From NCBI GenBank assembly GCA_963607615.1, contig CAVDCT010000010.1:133-64132 (forward strand): a stretch of DNA of 64,000 bases. Reading direction: 5' to 3'. Shown here in pieces: positions 55,190-64,000 of this stretch. The translations under genes were made by a program, and so were the position numbers. The notes under the pieces were generated by a model. It saw nothing but the letters and a program-made list of their open reading frames with translations, ran no database searches and had not been told where the DNA came from. The DNA comes from Roseburia sp. AF12-17LB. GTDB taxonomy: Bacteria > Bacillota_I > Bacilli_A > RF39 > UBA660. The stretch's first letter is position 1, and every line of letters begins with the position of its first letter.

Positions 55190-55795
55190 TTACGTATTTT
55201 CTAAATTCATTTTCATTAGTTTTTCTACTTCACGATATAACTTAGTATTAGCACGCTCTAATGTCATATTTTCTACCTTAAATGGTTTACCATATCTGAT
55301 TGTTAAGTTTTTACTTCTGAATTTATAATCGCCAGTTATACCAAAAGGTACAATTGTTGCTCCTGTTTTATATGCCATTGAAACAGTACCAAATTTAAAA
55401 GGAAGTAAAAAAGCATCAGTTTTATTACGTGTTCCTTCTGGAAATAATCCTACTGCACCATCATTTTTCAAAACTTCCAAAGCTTTACTTACAGCAGCAT
55501 CGTCCCTTTTAGAGCGATCAACAGAAATACATCCAGTATGTTTAAAAAACCAGGCAACTTTTTTATTATCAAAATACTCTTTTTTTGCCATGTAATTTAT
55601 TCCTCTTTTAGTAGCAATAATAGTTAGACATTGATCATATAAATGTTTATGATTACCAACAATTAATATAGGTCCAGTCTTTGGAATATTTTCTTTGCCA
55701 ATAATAGTAGGATGATAATAAAATTTAAAAATAGGTCCTAAAACGAATCTGCCAACACGATATAATAGAGGTATTTTATGTTTCATCATCATCAA
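55190..55795 (-). CDS. plsC: 1-acyl-sn-glycerol-3-phosphate acyltransferase family protein
   Basis: ..VGNHKHLYDQ.. (HX4D) and ..LFPEGTRN.. Confidence 0.8.
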   Translation of the reverse strand: MMMMKHKIPLLYRVGRFVLGPIFKFYYHPTIIGKENIPKTGPILIVGNHKHLYDQCLTIIATKRGINYMAKKEYFDNKKVAWFFKHTGCISVDRSKRDDAAVSKALEVLKNDGAVGLFPEGTRNKTDAFLLPFKFGTVSMAYKTGATIVPFGITGDYKFRSKNLTIRYGKPFKVENMTLERANTKLYREVEKLMKMNLENT

Positions 55796-57512
55796 CTCCT
55801 ATATCACTTTGTAACTTTTGAAAATCTACTTTTCCTAATTTAGTTTTTGGTAATTGCTTTCTATAAACAAAGGTTTGAGGAATCATATATTTTGCTAAAT
55901 TCTTTTTACAATAATTTTTAATATCAGCTTTTACAAACAACCCATGATAACCACTTTTTAAAACAATAAATGCCTTTCCTACTTCTTGTTTATAAGGATG
56001 TGGAACACCAATAACAGTACATTGTAAAACAGCTGGATGAGATTCAATTACCTCTTCTACATGAGATGGATATACATTATACCCACTAGTAATAATCATT
56101 CTTTTTTCTCTACCTTTATAAAATACATAGCCATCTTCATCCATATAACCTAAATCACCAGTATGTAACCATACATATCCATCATCATGTACTTGTAAAG
56201 CAGCATTAGTCTCTGATTCATCGTTTAAATAGCCCATCATCATTCCTTTAGTATGTATAACTATCTCTCCTACTTCATTATATGGCATAGTATTTCTTGT
56301 AACTCTATCGATAATTTTTACATAGTTACCAGGAAGAGGAATACCTACAGAACCACTCTTATTTACATCATCACAAGCTAGACAAACTGCTGCTAAGCCT
56401 TCTGATAAACCATAGCCTTGCGTAATAACTGCTGAAGAATTATGTTCTTTTAAATAAGTATTAACTCGCTCTTCTAAACTCTTGCTTAATATATCCCCAC
56501 CACTAACAACATATTTTAAGAAAGATAGATCTAAATTTTTTTCATTATTACAATTCATTAATGCTTCATATAATGTTGGTACCCCTAAAACACAGGTAGG
56601 TCGTGTTTTCTTAAACAAGATATCAAACTTTCTCGAATCGAATTGTGGTACTAAAATCGTATAACAACCTAAGGATAAAGGTGTATGCATTAAAACACTC
56701 AATCCAAAGCCATGAAAATTAGGCATAATTGCCAGGCAACAATCACCTGCTTGTAATTTTTTTAGTGCAATCTGTTCTTGTAGAGATGCTAAAATAAAAG
56801 ATCTATTTTGGATAACTACATTTTTAGGAGTTCCACTAGTCCCGCCACTGTGCAATATAACGGCTGGTGTATTACGACCATATTTGGGATAATGTTCTTT
56901 TTTCTTAATAGGCTCTTTCTTTATAAATTTTCGCCAACTAATAAATAATTTATCCTGTGGATACTTTCTAAACTTACCAATAGACTTCAATTTATAACCA
57001 ATACGCATAAAAATATTTAAAGAGTCGGATGGCGAAACAAAAATAACTTTACGAACACTAGTTTCCTTAATTATATTTTCAATTTTATCATAAAAAGACT
57101 CTAAAAAAACCATATACTTACTTTTGGTTGTTAGTAAACTATGTTTAATTTCCTCTTCAGCCGATAGTGGATGTAACATATTAGCTATCGCCCCTAATTT
57201 ATTTAAAGCATAAAGGGCTATTAACGCTTCAGGTACATTTGGTAAACAAATAGTAACAATATCTCCTTTAGCAATGCCTAAGTCCTCAAAAGCTAAACTT
57301 GCTTTATCGATTAAACCTATGAATTTTTTATAAGTAATCGATTTTCCTAAATACTCAATCGCTTTATAATTCGGATATTTTAAAGCACTTCTTCTTACCT
57401 GTTCATACATACTAATATTTGGTATTTTTACATTCAACTCAACTTCAGTATAATACTTTTCCCATGGTGCTGGAATGGGTTTCTTTTTCTTAAAAAAATC
57501 TAAAATAGACAT
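55776..57512 (-). CDS. Long-chain acyl-CoA ligase (AMP-binding superfamily)
   Basis: ..ILHSGGTSGTPKNV.., ..GYGLSE.., ..LHTGDLGYMDEDGYVFYKGREKRMI.. It overlaps the downstream PlsC gene by 20 nt. Confidence 0.85.
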   Translation of the reverse strand: MSILDFFKKKKPIPAPWEKYYTEVELNVKIPNISMYEQVRRSALKYPNYKAIEYLGKSITYKKFIGLIDKASLAFEDLGIAKGDIVTICLPNVPEALIALYALNKLGAIANMLHPLSAEEEIKHSLLTTKSKYMVFLESFYDKIENIIKETSVRKVIFVSPSDSLNIFMRIGYKLKSIGKFRKYPQDKLFISWRKFIKKEPIKKKEHYPKYGRNTPAVILHSGGTSGTPKNVVIQNRSFILASLQEQIALKKLQAGDCCLAIMPNFHGFGLSVLMHTPLSLGCYTILVPQFDSRKFDILFKKTRPTCVLGVPTLYEALMNCNNEKNLDLSFLKYVVSGGDILSKSLEERVNTYLKEHNSSAVITQGYGLSEGLAAVCLACDDVNKSGSVGIPLPGNYVKIIDRVTRNTMPYNEVGEIVIHTKGMMMGYLNDESETNAALQVHDDGYVWLHTGDLGYMDEDGYVFYKGREKRMIITSGYNVYPSHVEEVIESHPAVLQCTVIGVPHPYKQEVGKAFIVLKSGYHGLFVKADIKNYCKKNLAKYMIPQTFVYRKQLPKTKLGKVDFQKLQSDIGVDDDET

Positions 57513-57513
57513 A

Positions 57514-58086
57514 TCATCCCTCCAGTTTTTTCTTTATAATATTTCTCAAATTAGAATTTTCTTTATCTAAATCTGCATCTTTAATATATATAGGGTCTAA
57601 AAATTCGATTTGCAGATTTCTTGAAAACAGACGATAATCACCTGTAATTGTAAATGGTATAATAGGCGTATCAGTATCATAAGCCATTTTAACAGCACCT
57701 ATCTTAAAGGGCATAACCACCTCTTTAGTTCGATTAAAAGTTCCTTCAGGAAATATTCCAATTACGTGTTCATCTTTTAAATATTCTTCCGCTAAAACTA
57801 GAGAATGATGACTTTTTTCACGCCTGTTAACAGGTATCAATCCCATATGTGCAAATATAATTTTTTTAGCACCTTTCCATAACTCATCTTTTGCTAAAAA
57901 ATGAATACATCTTTTAGTTGAACTCATTAATATTACACAATCAAAATTATTTTTATGATTACCAGCTAAAATGATTCGACCATTTTTAGGAATTTTTTCT
58001 TTTCCAATAATATTAGGACGATAAAATAATTTAAATAAAAAAGTCACTATAGGTCTAACTATAATATATAACATACTTTCTTTCAT
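57514..58086 (-). CDS. Second PlsC-family acyltransferase
   Basis: ..AGNHKNNFDC.. (HX4D) and ..IFPEGTFN.. Confidence 0.8.
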   Translation of the reverse strand: MKESMLYIIVRPIVTFLFKLFYRPNIIGKEKIPKNGRIILAGNHKNNFDCVILMSSTKRCIHFLAKDELWKGAKKIIFAHMGLIPVNRREKSHHSLVLAEEYLKDEHVIGIFPEGTFNRTKEVVMPFKIGAVKMAYDTDTPIIPFTITGDYRLFSRNLQIEFLDPIYIKDADLDKENSNLRNIIKKKLEG

Positions 58087-58203
58087 TTTATCACCCCTTT
58101 CATTATACCATCTTTATAATCTTTTGACAAAAGAAATAACTATATTAAAAGTTATGTATATTACTATAATAATATTTTAAAAAGGAATGTACAAAAAAAG
58201 GAG

Positions 58204-59706
58204 TTAATTATTAACCCCATGATGAATTTTTGGCGCATTATCATCAATTGCTTTAAATTCATAATTATGATCTAAACCATACTGAATGATTTTAGGTAAT
58301 GCTGTTGCTGTAAAAGATTTAATATCATGAAATAAAATCATATTACTCTTATTTTTACTAAGACCACGCACAACATTTCGATATACCTGATCTGGATTAG
58401 TTGTCTCACCAGCATCACCACTAGAAATATTCCAATCATAAAATTCATAACCCTGTTCATGTAATTTTTTAACTAAACGTGACATAATACCTTTATTATA
58501 TCTACGACTAACGGTGTTAGAACTTCCTCCTGGAAATCTAATATATTTACTTTTAACTCCTGTGATTTTTTCAACACGATCACTAACACGTTTCAAATCT
58601 TTAAAATAGGCTTCTTCACTAGCATATATTTTAGCATAATTATGACTTGCAGTATGAAGTCCTATTGTATGTCCTTCATCATAAGCTCTTTTAATCAATG
58701 AATCAGGTCCTTTAGAAGTCACAAAGAAAGTAGCTTTTACATTATATTTTTTTAAAGTATCTAAAATTGACTTTGTTGAACCTGAGTCGCTAGGTCCATC
58801 ATCAAATGTTAAATATATAACACCAGGTTTATTATCATCAATACGTTTTGGAATGTCATCATTAATTATATTTTTTTCTTCTTTTGTTTTAACTACCGAA
58901 ATAGTTTTAGTTTTTGTTGTTTTGTTACCAGCTTTATCTTCTACTATATATGTACGATAATAAATGCCAGGTTTTGATGTATCAACATTACCACTAATAG
59001 TCACTTTACTAGTTAAATCACCATCACAATTATCAGTAGCACTATACCCTTTATCACTATATTTACTTCCCACCATTACTACTTCTTTAGTATTTGGTAA
59101 TTTAATTACTGGTGCATTTTTATCTACTTCATCAATTTTTCTTCTTGCTTCTGCAACATTTCCAGATGAATCCTCTACTTGATATATAATCTCATTATCT
59201 TTAGTTACAACACTTACTTTATCAGTTAAATCTCCATCATAATTATCAGTAGCACTATATCCTACTTCATTATATTTAGTTCCAGGACAAATATTAACAT
59301 TCTCACTACCTTTTAAATATATAACTGGAGCTTCATTTTCTATTACTTTAACTTTTTTTATATATTTATCTTTAACTAATCCTTTTTTATAAGTATAAGT
59401 AATTTCATAAGTACCAACTTTATTAATATCTACATTTCCATCTACTATAACTTTACTATTTGTTTTTTTTCCTAAAATATATACATTAGCTTCTGGAACA
59501 TTATACTCATTTCCTAACAAAATTTCTACTTCATCTTCATTGTCTAACGTTTTTATACTATAATTTGATACACAAATAAAATAACCGAAAATGGCAATAA
59601 ATACAATAAAAATAGGTATAATAACTAATAATAACTTTTTTTTATTATTTAATACTTTTTCATTCAATTTATTCTCAATCATACAACATTCACCACTTTT
59701 ATACAC
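58204..59706 (-). CDS. Membrane-anchored polysaccharide deacetylase (two Ig-like DUF5011-type repeats plus a NodB domain)
   Basis: TM anchor, repeated ..GYSATDN.DGDLT.KV.., then ..VIYLTFDDGPS.. and ..GLHTASHNY.. Confidence 0.8.
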   Translation of the reverse strand: MYKSGECCMIENKLNEKVLNNKKKLLLVIIPIFIVFIAIFGYFICVSNYSIKTLDNEDEVEILLGNEYNVPEANVYILGKKTNSKVIVDGNVDINKVGTYEITYTYKKGLVKDKYIKKVKVIENEAPVIYLKGSENVNICPGTKYNEVGYSATDNYDGDLTDKVSVVTKDNEIIYQVEDSSGNVAEARRKIDEVDKNAPVIKLPNTKEVVMVGSKYSDKGYSATDNCDGDLTSKVTISGNVDTSKPGIYYRTYIVEDKAGNKTTKTKTISVVKTKEEKNIINDDIPKRIDDNKPGVIYLTFDDGPSDSGSTKSILDTLKKYNVKATFFVTSKGPDSLIKRAYDEGHTIGLHTASHNYAKIYASEEAYFKDLKRVSDRVEKITGVKSKYIRFPGGSSNTVSRRYNKGIMSRLVKKLHEQGYEFYDWNISSGDAGETTNPDQVYRNVVRGLSKNKSNMILFHDIKSFTATALPKIIQYGLDHNYEFKAIDDNAPKIHHGVNN

Positions 59707-59764
59707 TCATATTTTTATTATACACCAAAAAACTATTTTTACAATATTCTCTAAAAAAATAGTC

Positions 59765-59793
59765 AAAAAAAAAAGATTACTCTTAATAATCTT
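59765..59793 (-). terminator. Intrinsic terminator
   Basis: Minus-strand AAGATTA-ttaagag-TAATCTT followed by T10. Confidence 0.6.
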
Positions 59794-59806
59794 TAAATCA
59801 TATATA

Positions 59807-60403
59807 TTATTTATAATTTTTTTTATATTTTATTAAATAAGAAATAATAGTTAATATTTGCATTATAAAAGTTAATACAAAAAATATAACAAGAATCTTT
59901 TTAACATTAATAATCTGATTTAATAAAGAAATTCCTAATAACGGATATAGTAACCACATTTTTATTTTTCCTGTTAAAACTGATTCTGGTTCTCTATTAT
60001 TTAATTTTTCTTTAATATTTATAAGCGCTATTATAACTTCAGCTAACATATTAAAAAGTAATATTGGATTAAAAATACTAACTGCTATTAGTAAAGAAAA
60101 AGCAAATACTTTATCACAAATAGCATCTAAATCTCTACCTAAATCACTAACTAAATTATATTTATGTGCAATAAATCCATCAAGAGCATCAGTCAATGAA
60201 AAGAATGTAGCAAAAATTACTAACAAAGTAATATTTTTACAGATAGCTGCTGGTATGATAAAAAATGGAGCAGCTACTAATCTCGTAGCTGTTAAAAGAT
60301 TCGGAATCTGACGATGTCTTTTTCCCTTAATTTTCAAATCTAAAAAAGCCTCATTTATTTCCTTTTTATAATAACTTAAAACATGATACACTTTCATTTT
60401 CAT
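59807..60403 (-). CDS. CDP-alcohol phosphatidyltransferase family protein
   Basis: ..DALDGFIAHKYNLVSDLGRDLDAICD.. (DG..A...G...D...D motif). Polytopic membrane protein. Confidence 0.75.
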   Translation of the reverse strand: MKMKVYHVLSYYKKEINEAFLDLKIKGKRHRQIPNLLTATRLVAAPFFIIPAAICKNITLLVIFATFFSLTDALDGFIAHKYNLVSDLGRDLDAICDKVFAFSLLIAVSIFNPILLFNMLAEVIIALINIKEKLNNREPESVLTGKIKMWLLYPLLGISLLNQIINVKKILVIFFVLTFIMQILTIISYLIKYKKNYK

Positions 60404-60490
60404 ATCTATACCCCATTTATGACTATTATATAATAATATATTGTATTAATCAAACAAATATTAAAGTTTTAATTTTTTACAACTAATAAT

Positions 60491-61627
60491 TTATTTTAAT
60501 ATTTTCTTTTTTATAAACTCTCTTTTTATTTTATCATGTAATTGTCCTATTTCTAAATTTAAATTATCAAAATTAGGTATAAACTCACTAATAATATCTA
60601 ACGAGTCGTTATTCTTAATCTTTATAAGCATTTTTTTTAAAATATTCATTGCTTCCTTTTTATTATCTTTATATATATGTAGTAATTCTAATGCTACCAT
60701 ATAACTAATTATATATGGTCCTGATGTTTCTATATTCGTATTTAAGCATTCTTTTACATCATATTTTTTTAATTTATATTTATCTTTTAAATAACGATAA
60801 AAATTAGTAGATACATTATATTCATTATATTTCCAACTTTCAATTAATTCTTGATGACATAATAATGAATCAGATATATAGTTAAAATAGTTCATTTTTT
60901 CAAATTGTAATAAAGTATTTTCAAATGAATCTATATTCTCACCTATATCATTATGAAAAGCTAATTCAAAAAATATTGATGCTAATTCAGTTAAAAAGTC
61001 ATCTTTAACATCATAAATATTTCCTATAAATAAATTAGCAACAGCATGACCGCATTCATGTGCTAAATTAACTACTTTAGATAAACCTTGAATATCATTG
61101 ATATTAATAAAATTTTTACATACACCATCAATAAATAAACAATTACCATCATCTTTAGCATCCCTTAATGTTGGACCATTTTTGCTAAATTTAATAGATT
61201 TATATCTATCTTTATATAATATATTAAAATATTTAAATATTTCTTCATCAGTTTTACTAAAGAATTCATAATTTAAAGCTAAAGCTTCATCATGAGTTAT
61301 ATATCTATAATCAAATAATTCAGGTTCTTCAATAGAATCATAAGTATTTACAATTCTTTCTGTTTTTTTATTATATTTGTATAAAGTTGAATTATATAAA
61401 TCAATCAAAGAATAATATCTACCATAATAATTAAATGAATTAATTATCTCATTCATTTTCTGATTATTTGTTATTCTTACATCTTTATTATTAACTAATA
61501 AACAACTTACTTGATCTATTACTCTTAAATAGTAACTCTTTTTAATTAAATCTTTTTCTTCTTTAGCCATTACACTTAGTTTATTTATTTCTTTTTCAAT
61601 ATCATTATAACACCAATTATATTTCAT
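60491..61627 (-). CDS. Putative zinc metallopeptidase (HExxH)
   Basis: ..VNLAHECGHAVANLF.. The remainder is not recognisable. Confidence 0.4.
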   Translation of the reverse strand: MKYNWCYNDIEKEINKLSVMAKEEKDLIKKSYYLRVIDQVSCLLVNNKDVRITNNQKMNEIINSFNYYGRYYSLIDLYNSTLYKYNKKTERIVNTYDSIEEPELFDYRYITHDEALALNYEFFSKTDEEIFKYFNILYKDRYKSIKFSKNGPTLRDAKDDGNCLFIDGVCKNFININDIQGLSKVVNLAHECGHAVANLFIGNIYDVKDDFLTELASIFFELAFHNDIGENIDSFENTLLQFEKMNYFNYISDSLLCHQELIESWKYNEYNVSTNFYRYLKDKYKLKKYDVKECLNTNIETSGPYIISYMVALELLHIYKDNKKEAMNILKKMLIKIKNNDSLDIISEFIPNFDNLNLEIGQLHDKIKREFIKKKILK

Positions 61628-61689
61628 AGTATCACCCTTGGATAGTTATATTAACATAAGAAGTCTTTTAAATCAATAAAAAAAAGAAG

Positions 61690-63432
61690 CTATCTTAACT
61701 TGATATGTACTTCTCTTAATTGTTGTTCACTTAATTCTGAAGGACAACCCATCATTCTATCTTCTCCGCTAGCACTAGTTGGGAATGCTTGTACTTCACG
61801 TAAATTTTGTTCATCAGTAAGTAACATTAAAATACGATCAATACCAGGAGCCATACCTGCATGAGGTGGAACACCATATTTAAATGCTGTAAATAAAGAT
61901 TTGAATCTATCCTCTACTTCTTCTTTTTTATAACCAACTATTTCAAAACCTTTAGTTAATGAATCTAAATCAGTATTTCTAACAGCACCACTTGCCATTT
62001 CATACCCATTACATACAAAATCATATTGGTAAGCTAAAATATCATCAATTTTCTTATTATCATAATCACTAATACCACCATGAGGTAAACTAAATGGATT
62101 ATGACAAAATTCATATTTTCCTGCTTCATCATCATATTCAAACATTGGAAAATCATTAATTATACAAAATTCATAACGATTATTATCAATCAAATCTAAG
62201 CGATTAGCTAATTCTGTCCTAATCATTCCAGCTTGTTTAGCGGCCATTTTTTCTTTTCTATCAGCTATAAAGAATAACACACTACCTACTTTTAAATTGG
62301 CTTTTTCAATCAAATTATTACGATCAGTTTCTGTTAAGAATTTATCAATTGGTCCTTTAAAACTCATATCTTCCATAACTGTAATATATCCAATACCTGG
62401 CATACCGATTTTTTTAGCATAATCAACTAAGTCATTAAACCATGAATTAGATTTACTAGCTAAATCATCTACTTTAATAGCACGTACTACATTACCTCTA
62501 AATGGTTTGAAATCAGATTCGGCAAATATTTCACTAATATCTATTATTTCAAGAGGATTTCTTAAATCCGGTTTATCTGTTCCATATTTTAACATAGCAT
62601 CCTTATAAGATATTCTTTTAAATGGAGCTTTACTTACATATTTATCACTAAATTCAGTAAAGATTGAGTAGAAAACATCTTCTCCTATTTTATATACGTC
62701 TTCTTCATCTACAAAAGCCATTTCCATATCTAATTGATAAAATTCTAAGGTTCTATCAGCACGAGAATCTTCATCTCTAAAACAAGGTGCTATTTGATAA
62801 TATTTATCAAAACCTGATACCATTAATAGTTCTTTAAATACTTGAGGAGCTTGGGGTAAGGCATAAAATTTACCTTTAAATTTACGTGATGGAATAATAA
62901 AATCACGAGCTCCTTCAGGTGAAGATGCTGTAATAATAGGAGTTTGTACTTCTGTAAAATTTAAACTATCCATTTTATTACGAATAAATTTAAGTAATTT
63001 ACTACGTAAAACAATATTATTATGAACTTTATCATTACGTAAATCTAAATAACGATATTTTAATCTTACTTCTTCTGATACATGTGTTGAAGTTTTTATT
63101 TCAAATGGTAATTCATTCAAAGATTTACCAAGAATTGTTAATTCATCAACTAATAATTCAATTGTTCCTGTTTTAATTTTCTCATTATAATCATCTTCAT
63201 CGCGTTTACGAATTATTCCTGATAAAGTAACTGCTGATTCTTTTGTCAAGCCATTAAAAATACTATCATCATTACTAACTACTTGTAAAATTCCATGCTC
63301 ATCACGGATATCAACAAAGATTACACCACCATGATCTCTAATATTTTCAATCCATCCTGCAACACGTACTTTATTTCCTATTTGTTCTTCATTTATATCT
63401 CCACAAAATATAGTTCTATACTTTTTGTTCAT
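61690..63432 (-). CDS. aspS: Aspartate--tRNA ligase (bacterial type)
   Basis: MNKKYRTIFCGDI..VRVAGWIENIRDHGGVIFVDIRDEHGILQV.., ..QIAPCFRDED.., ..GGISD.., ..AFPTSASGEDRMMGCPS.. Start ATG 63432 is behind AGGAAAGAG. The track's 19-codon extension overlaps asnS. Confidence 0.95.
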   Translation of the reverse strand: MNKKYRTIFCGDINEEQIGNKVRVAGWIENIRDHGGVIFVDIRDEHGILQVVSNDDSIFNGLTKESAVTLSGIIRKRDEDDYNEKIKTGTIELLVDELTILGKSLNELPFEIKTSTHVSEEVRLKYRYLDLRNDKVHNNIVLRSKLLKFIRNKMDSLNFTEVQTPIITASSPEGARDFIIPSRKFKGKFYALPQAPQVFKELLMVSGFDKYYQIAPCFRDEDSRADRTLEFYQLDMEMAFVDEEDVYKIGEDVFYSIFTEFSDKYVSKAPFKRISYKDAMLKYGTDKPDLRNPLEIIDISEIFAESDFKPFRGNVVRAIKVDDLASKSNSWFNDLVDYAKKIGMPGIGYITVMEDMSFKGPIDKFLTETDRNNLIEKANLKVGSVLFFIADRKEKMAAKQAGMIRTELANRLDLIDNNRYEFCIINDFPMFEYDDEAGKYEFCHNPFSLPHGGISDYDNKKIDDILAYQYDFVCNGYEMASGAVRNTDLDSLTKGFEIVGYKKEEVEDRFKSLFTAFKYGVPPHAGMAPGIDRILMLLTDEQNLREVQAFPTSASGEDRMMGCPSELSEQQLREVHIKLR

Positions 63433-63445
63433 TGCTCTTTCCTTT

Positions 63446-64000
63446 CTAATATTCACAATTATTAGGTGTTCTAGGATATGGTATAACATCTCTTATATTT
63501 TCAACACCAGTTAAATAGATTAATAATCTTTCAAAACCCATTCCGAATCCAGAATGAACGCATCCACCATATCTTCTTAAATTTAAATACCAATCCAATT
63601 CATCTTTATTCATGCCTAATTCATCCATACGAGATGTTAAATTATCATAGTCATTTTCTCTTTCAGAACCTCCCATTAACTCTCCAACACCTGGAATTTC
63701 AAGATCTACAGCTGCTACTGTTTTTTGATCATCATTCTGTTTCATATAAAATGCTTTAATATCTTTTGGCCAATTTTTAATAAATACTGGTCCATTAAAA
63801 TATTCAGTAATATATTTTTCATGTTCTTTAGCTATATCTTCTCCATATTCAGGTTCAAATTCCCATTTTACATCAGCTTGTTTTAATATTTTAATTACTT
63901 CTTCATGATCAATTCTTACAAATTCTGTACTAATAAGTTTTACTAATTTATCCTTTAATCCTTTTTCAACAAATTTATCAAAGAAATCTATTTCTTCCTT
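63446..64000 (-). CDS. asnS: Asparagine--tRNA ligase, 3' part (the 5' end is beyond the window end)
   Basis: C-terminus ..GELMGGSERE..WYLNLRRYGGCVHSGFGMGFERLLIYLTGVENIRDVIPYPRTP.. The reading frame stays open upstream of 63745 to the window edge. Confidence 0.85.
   Translation of the reverse strand, partial: KEEIDFFDKFVEKGLKDKLVKLISTEFVRIDHEEVIKILKQADVKWEFEPEYGEDIAKEHEKYITEYFNGPVFIKNWPKDIKAFYMKQNDDQKTVAAVDLEIPGVGELMGGSERENDYDNLTSRMDELGMNKDELDWYLNLRRYGGCVHSGFGMGFERLLIYLTGVENIRDVIPYPRTPNNCEY

Noticed and set aside
1-64000. CRISPR arrays, rRNA/tRNA genes, IS transposases
   Set aside because: I found no regularly spaced direct repeats with unique spacers, no cloverleaf-like or rRNA-like GC-enriched segments in the intergenic regions, and no DDE/IS-type transposase ORF. 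The only recombinase seen is the serine recombinase at 27365-29014.
61690-64000. asnS-aspS tandem as something unusual
   Set aside because: The two paralogous class IIb synthetase genes are adjacent and nearly contiguous (13-nt gap). This is ordinary housekeeping organisation, and nothing in the sequence suggests a regulatory or novel feature.

Overview
This is a 64-kb segment of a very AT-rich, low-GC Gram-positive (Bacillota-type) chromosome. GC content was not computed. It holds about 65 protein-coding genes, and all but five lie on the minus strand. I saw no rRNA, tRNA or CRISPR array. Gene content by region: (1) 1-7.4 kb holds a transglutaminase-like protein, an LCP-family wall-polymer ligase, a DUF2130 protein, and a small accessory islet with a KilA-N gene, dinD-like remnants and a toxin-like ORF next to an Xre-HTH/COG2856 peptidase. 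(2) 7.4-16.2 kb is a Wzx/Wzy-type exopolysaccharide locus (ugd, flippase, EpsG-type polymerase, GT2, GT4, pyruvyl transferase, split Alg13/Alg14-type GT pair, priming sugar transferase). (3) 16.5-26.7 kb holds a secreted nuclease, hisS preceded by a His-codon-rich leader ORF plus terminator, a prs-like gene, a LysR / radical-SAM / NADAR-DHH operon, and a divergent transglutaminase-like gene. (4) 26.7-45.5 kb is the main feature. A class B penicillin-binding protein gene (SpoVD/FtsI-like) is cut in two by a ~16.9-kb element (27387-44253). The element has a large serine recombinase at one end, 13-bp terminal inverted repeats and a shared TGTA core. Joining the two PBP fragments at the core restores one in-frame 633-codon ORF. 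The element carries no phage structural genes. It carries a tightly packed operon of nucleotide, cytidine and sugar-nucleotide enzymes: ASCH x2, cytidine-deaminase fusion, GNAT x2, NUDIX x2, MazG-like/radical-SAM fusion, GT2, rfbF, dTMP-kinase-like, metallophosphoesterases and a CitC-like nucleotidyltransferase. Three of these genes are broken. The operon sits behind its own promoter with a leader-ORF/antiterminator/terminator arrangement. (5) 45.5-48 kb is a decayed ABC/His-kinase module (an ATPase with two in-frame TGA codons, and a permease-N-terminus/kinase chimera). (6) 48-64 kb holds a lipoprotein / DUF1292-like / Thr-rich hydrolase operon, map, an ASCH-queuosine-salvage fusion, a PlsC / acyl-CoA ligase / PlsC lipid operon, a polysaccharide deacetylase, a CDP-alcohol phosphatidyltransferase, aspS and the 3' part of asnS. 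All calls rest on reading the supplied translations and on my own hand translation. No database search was possible.
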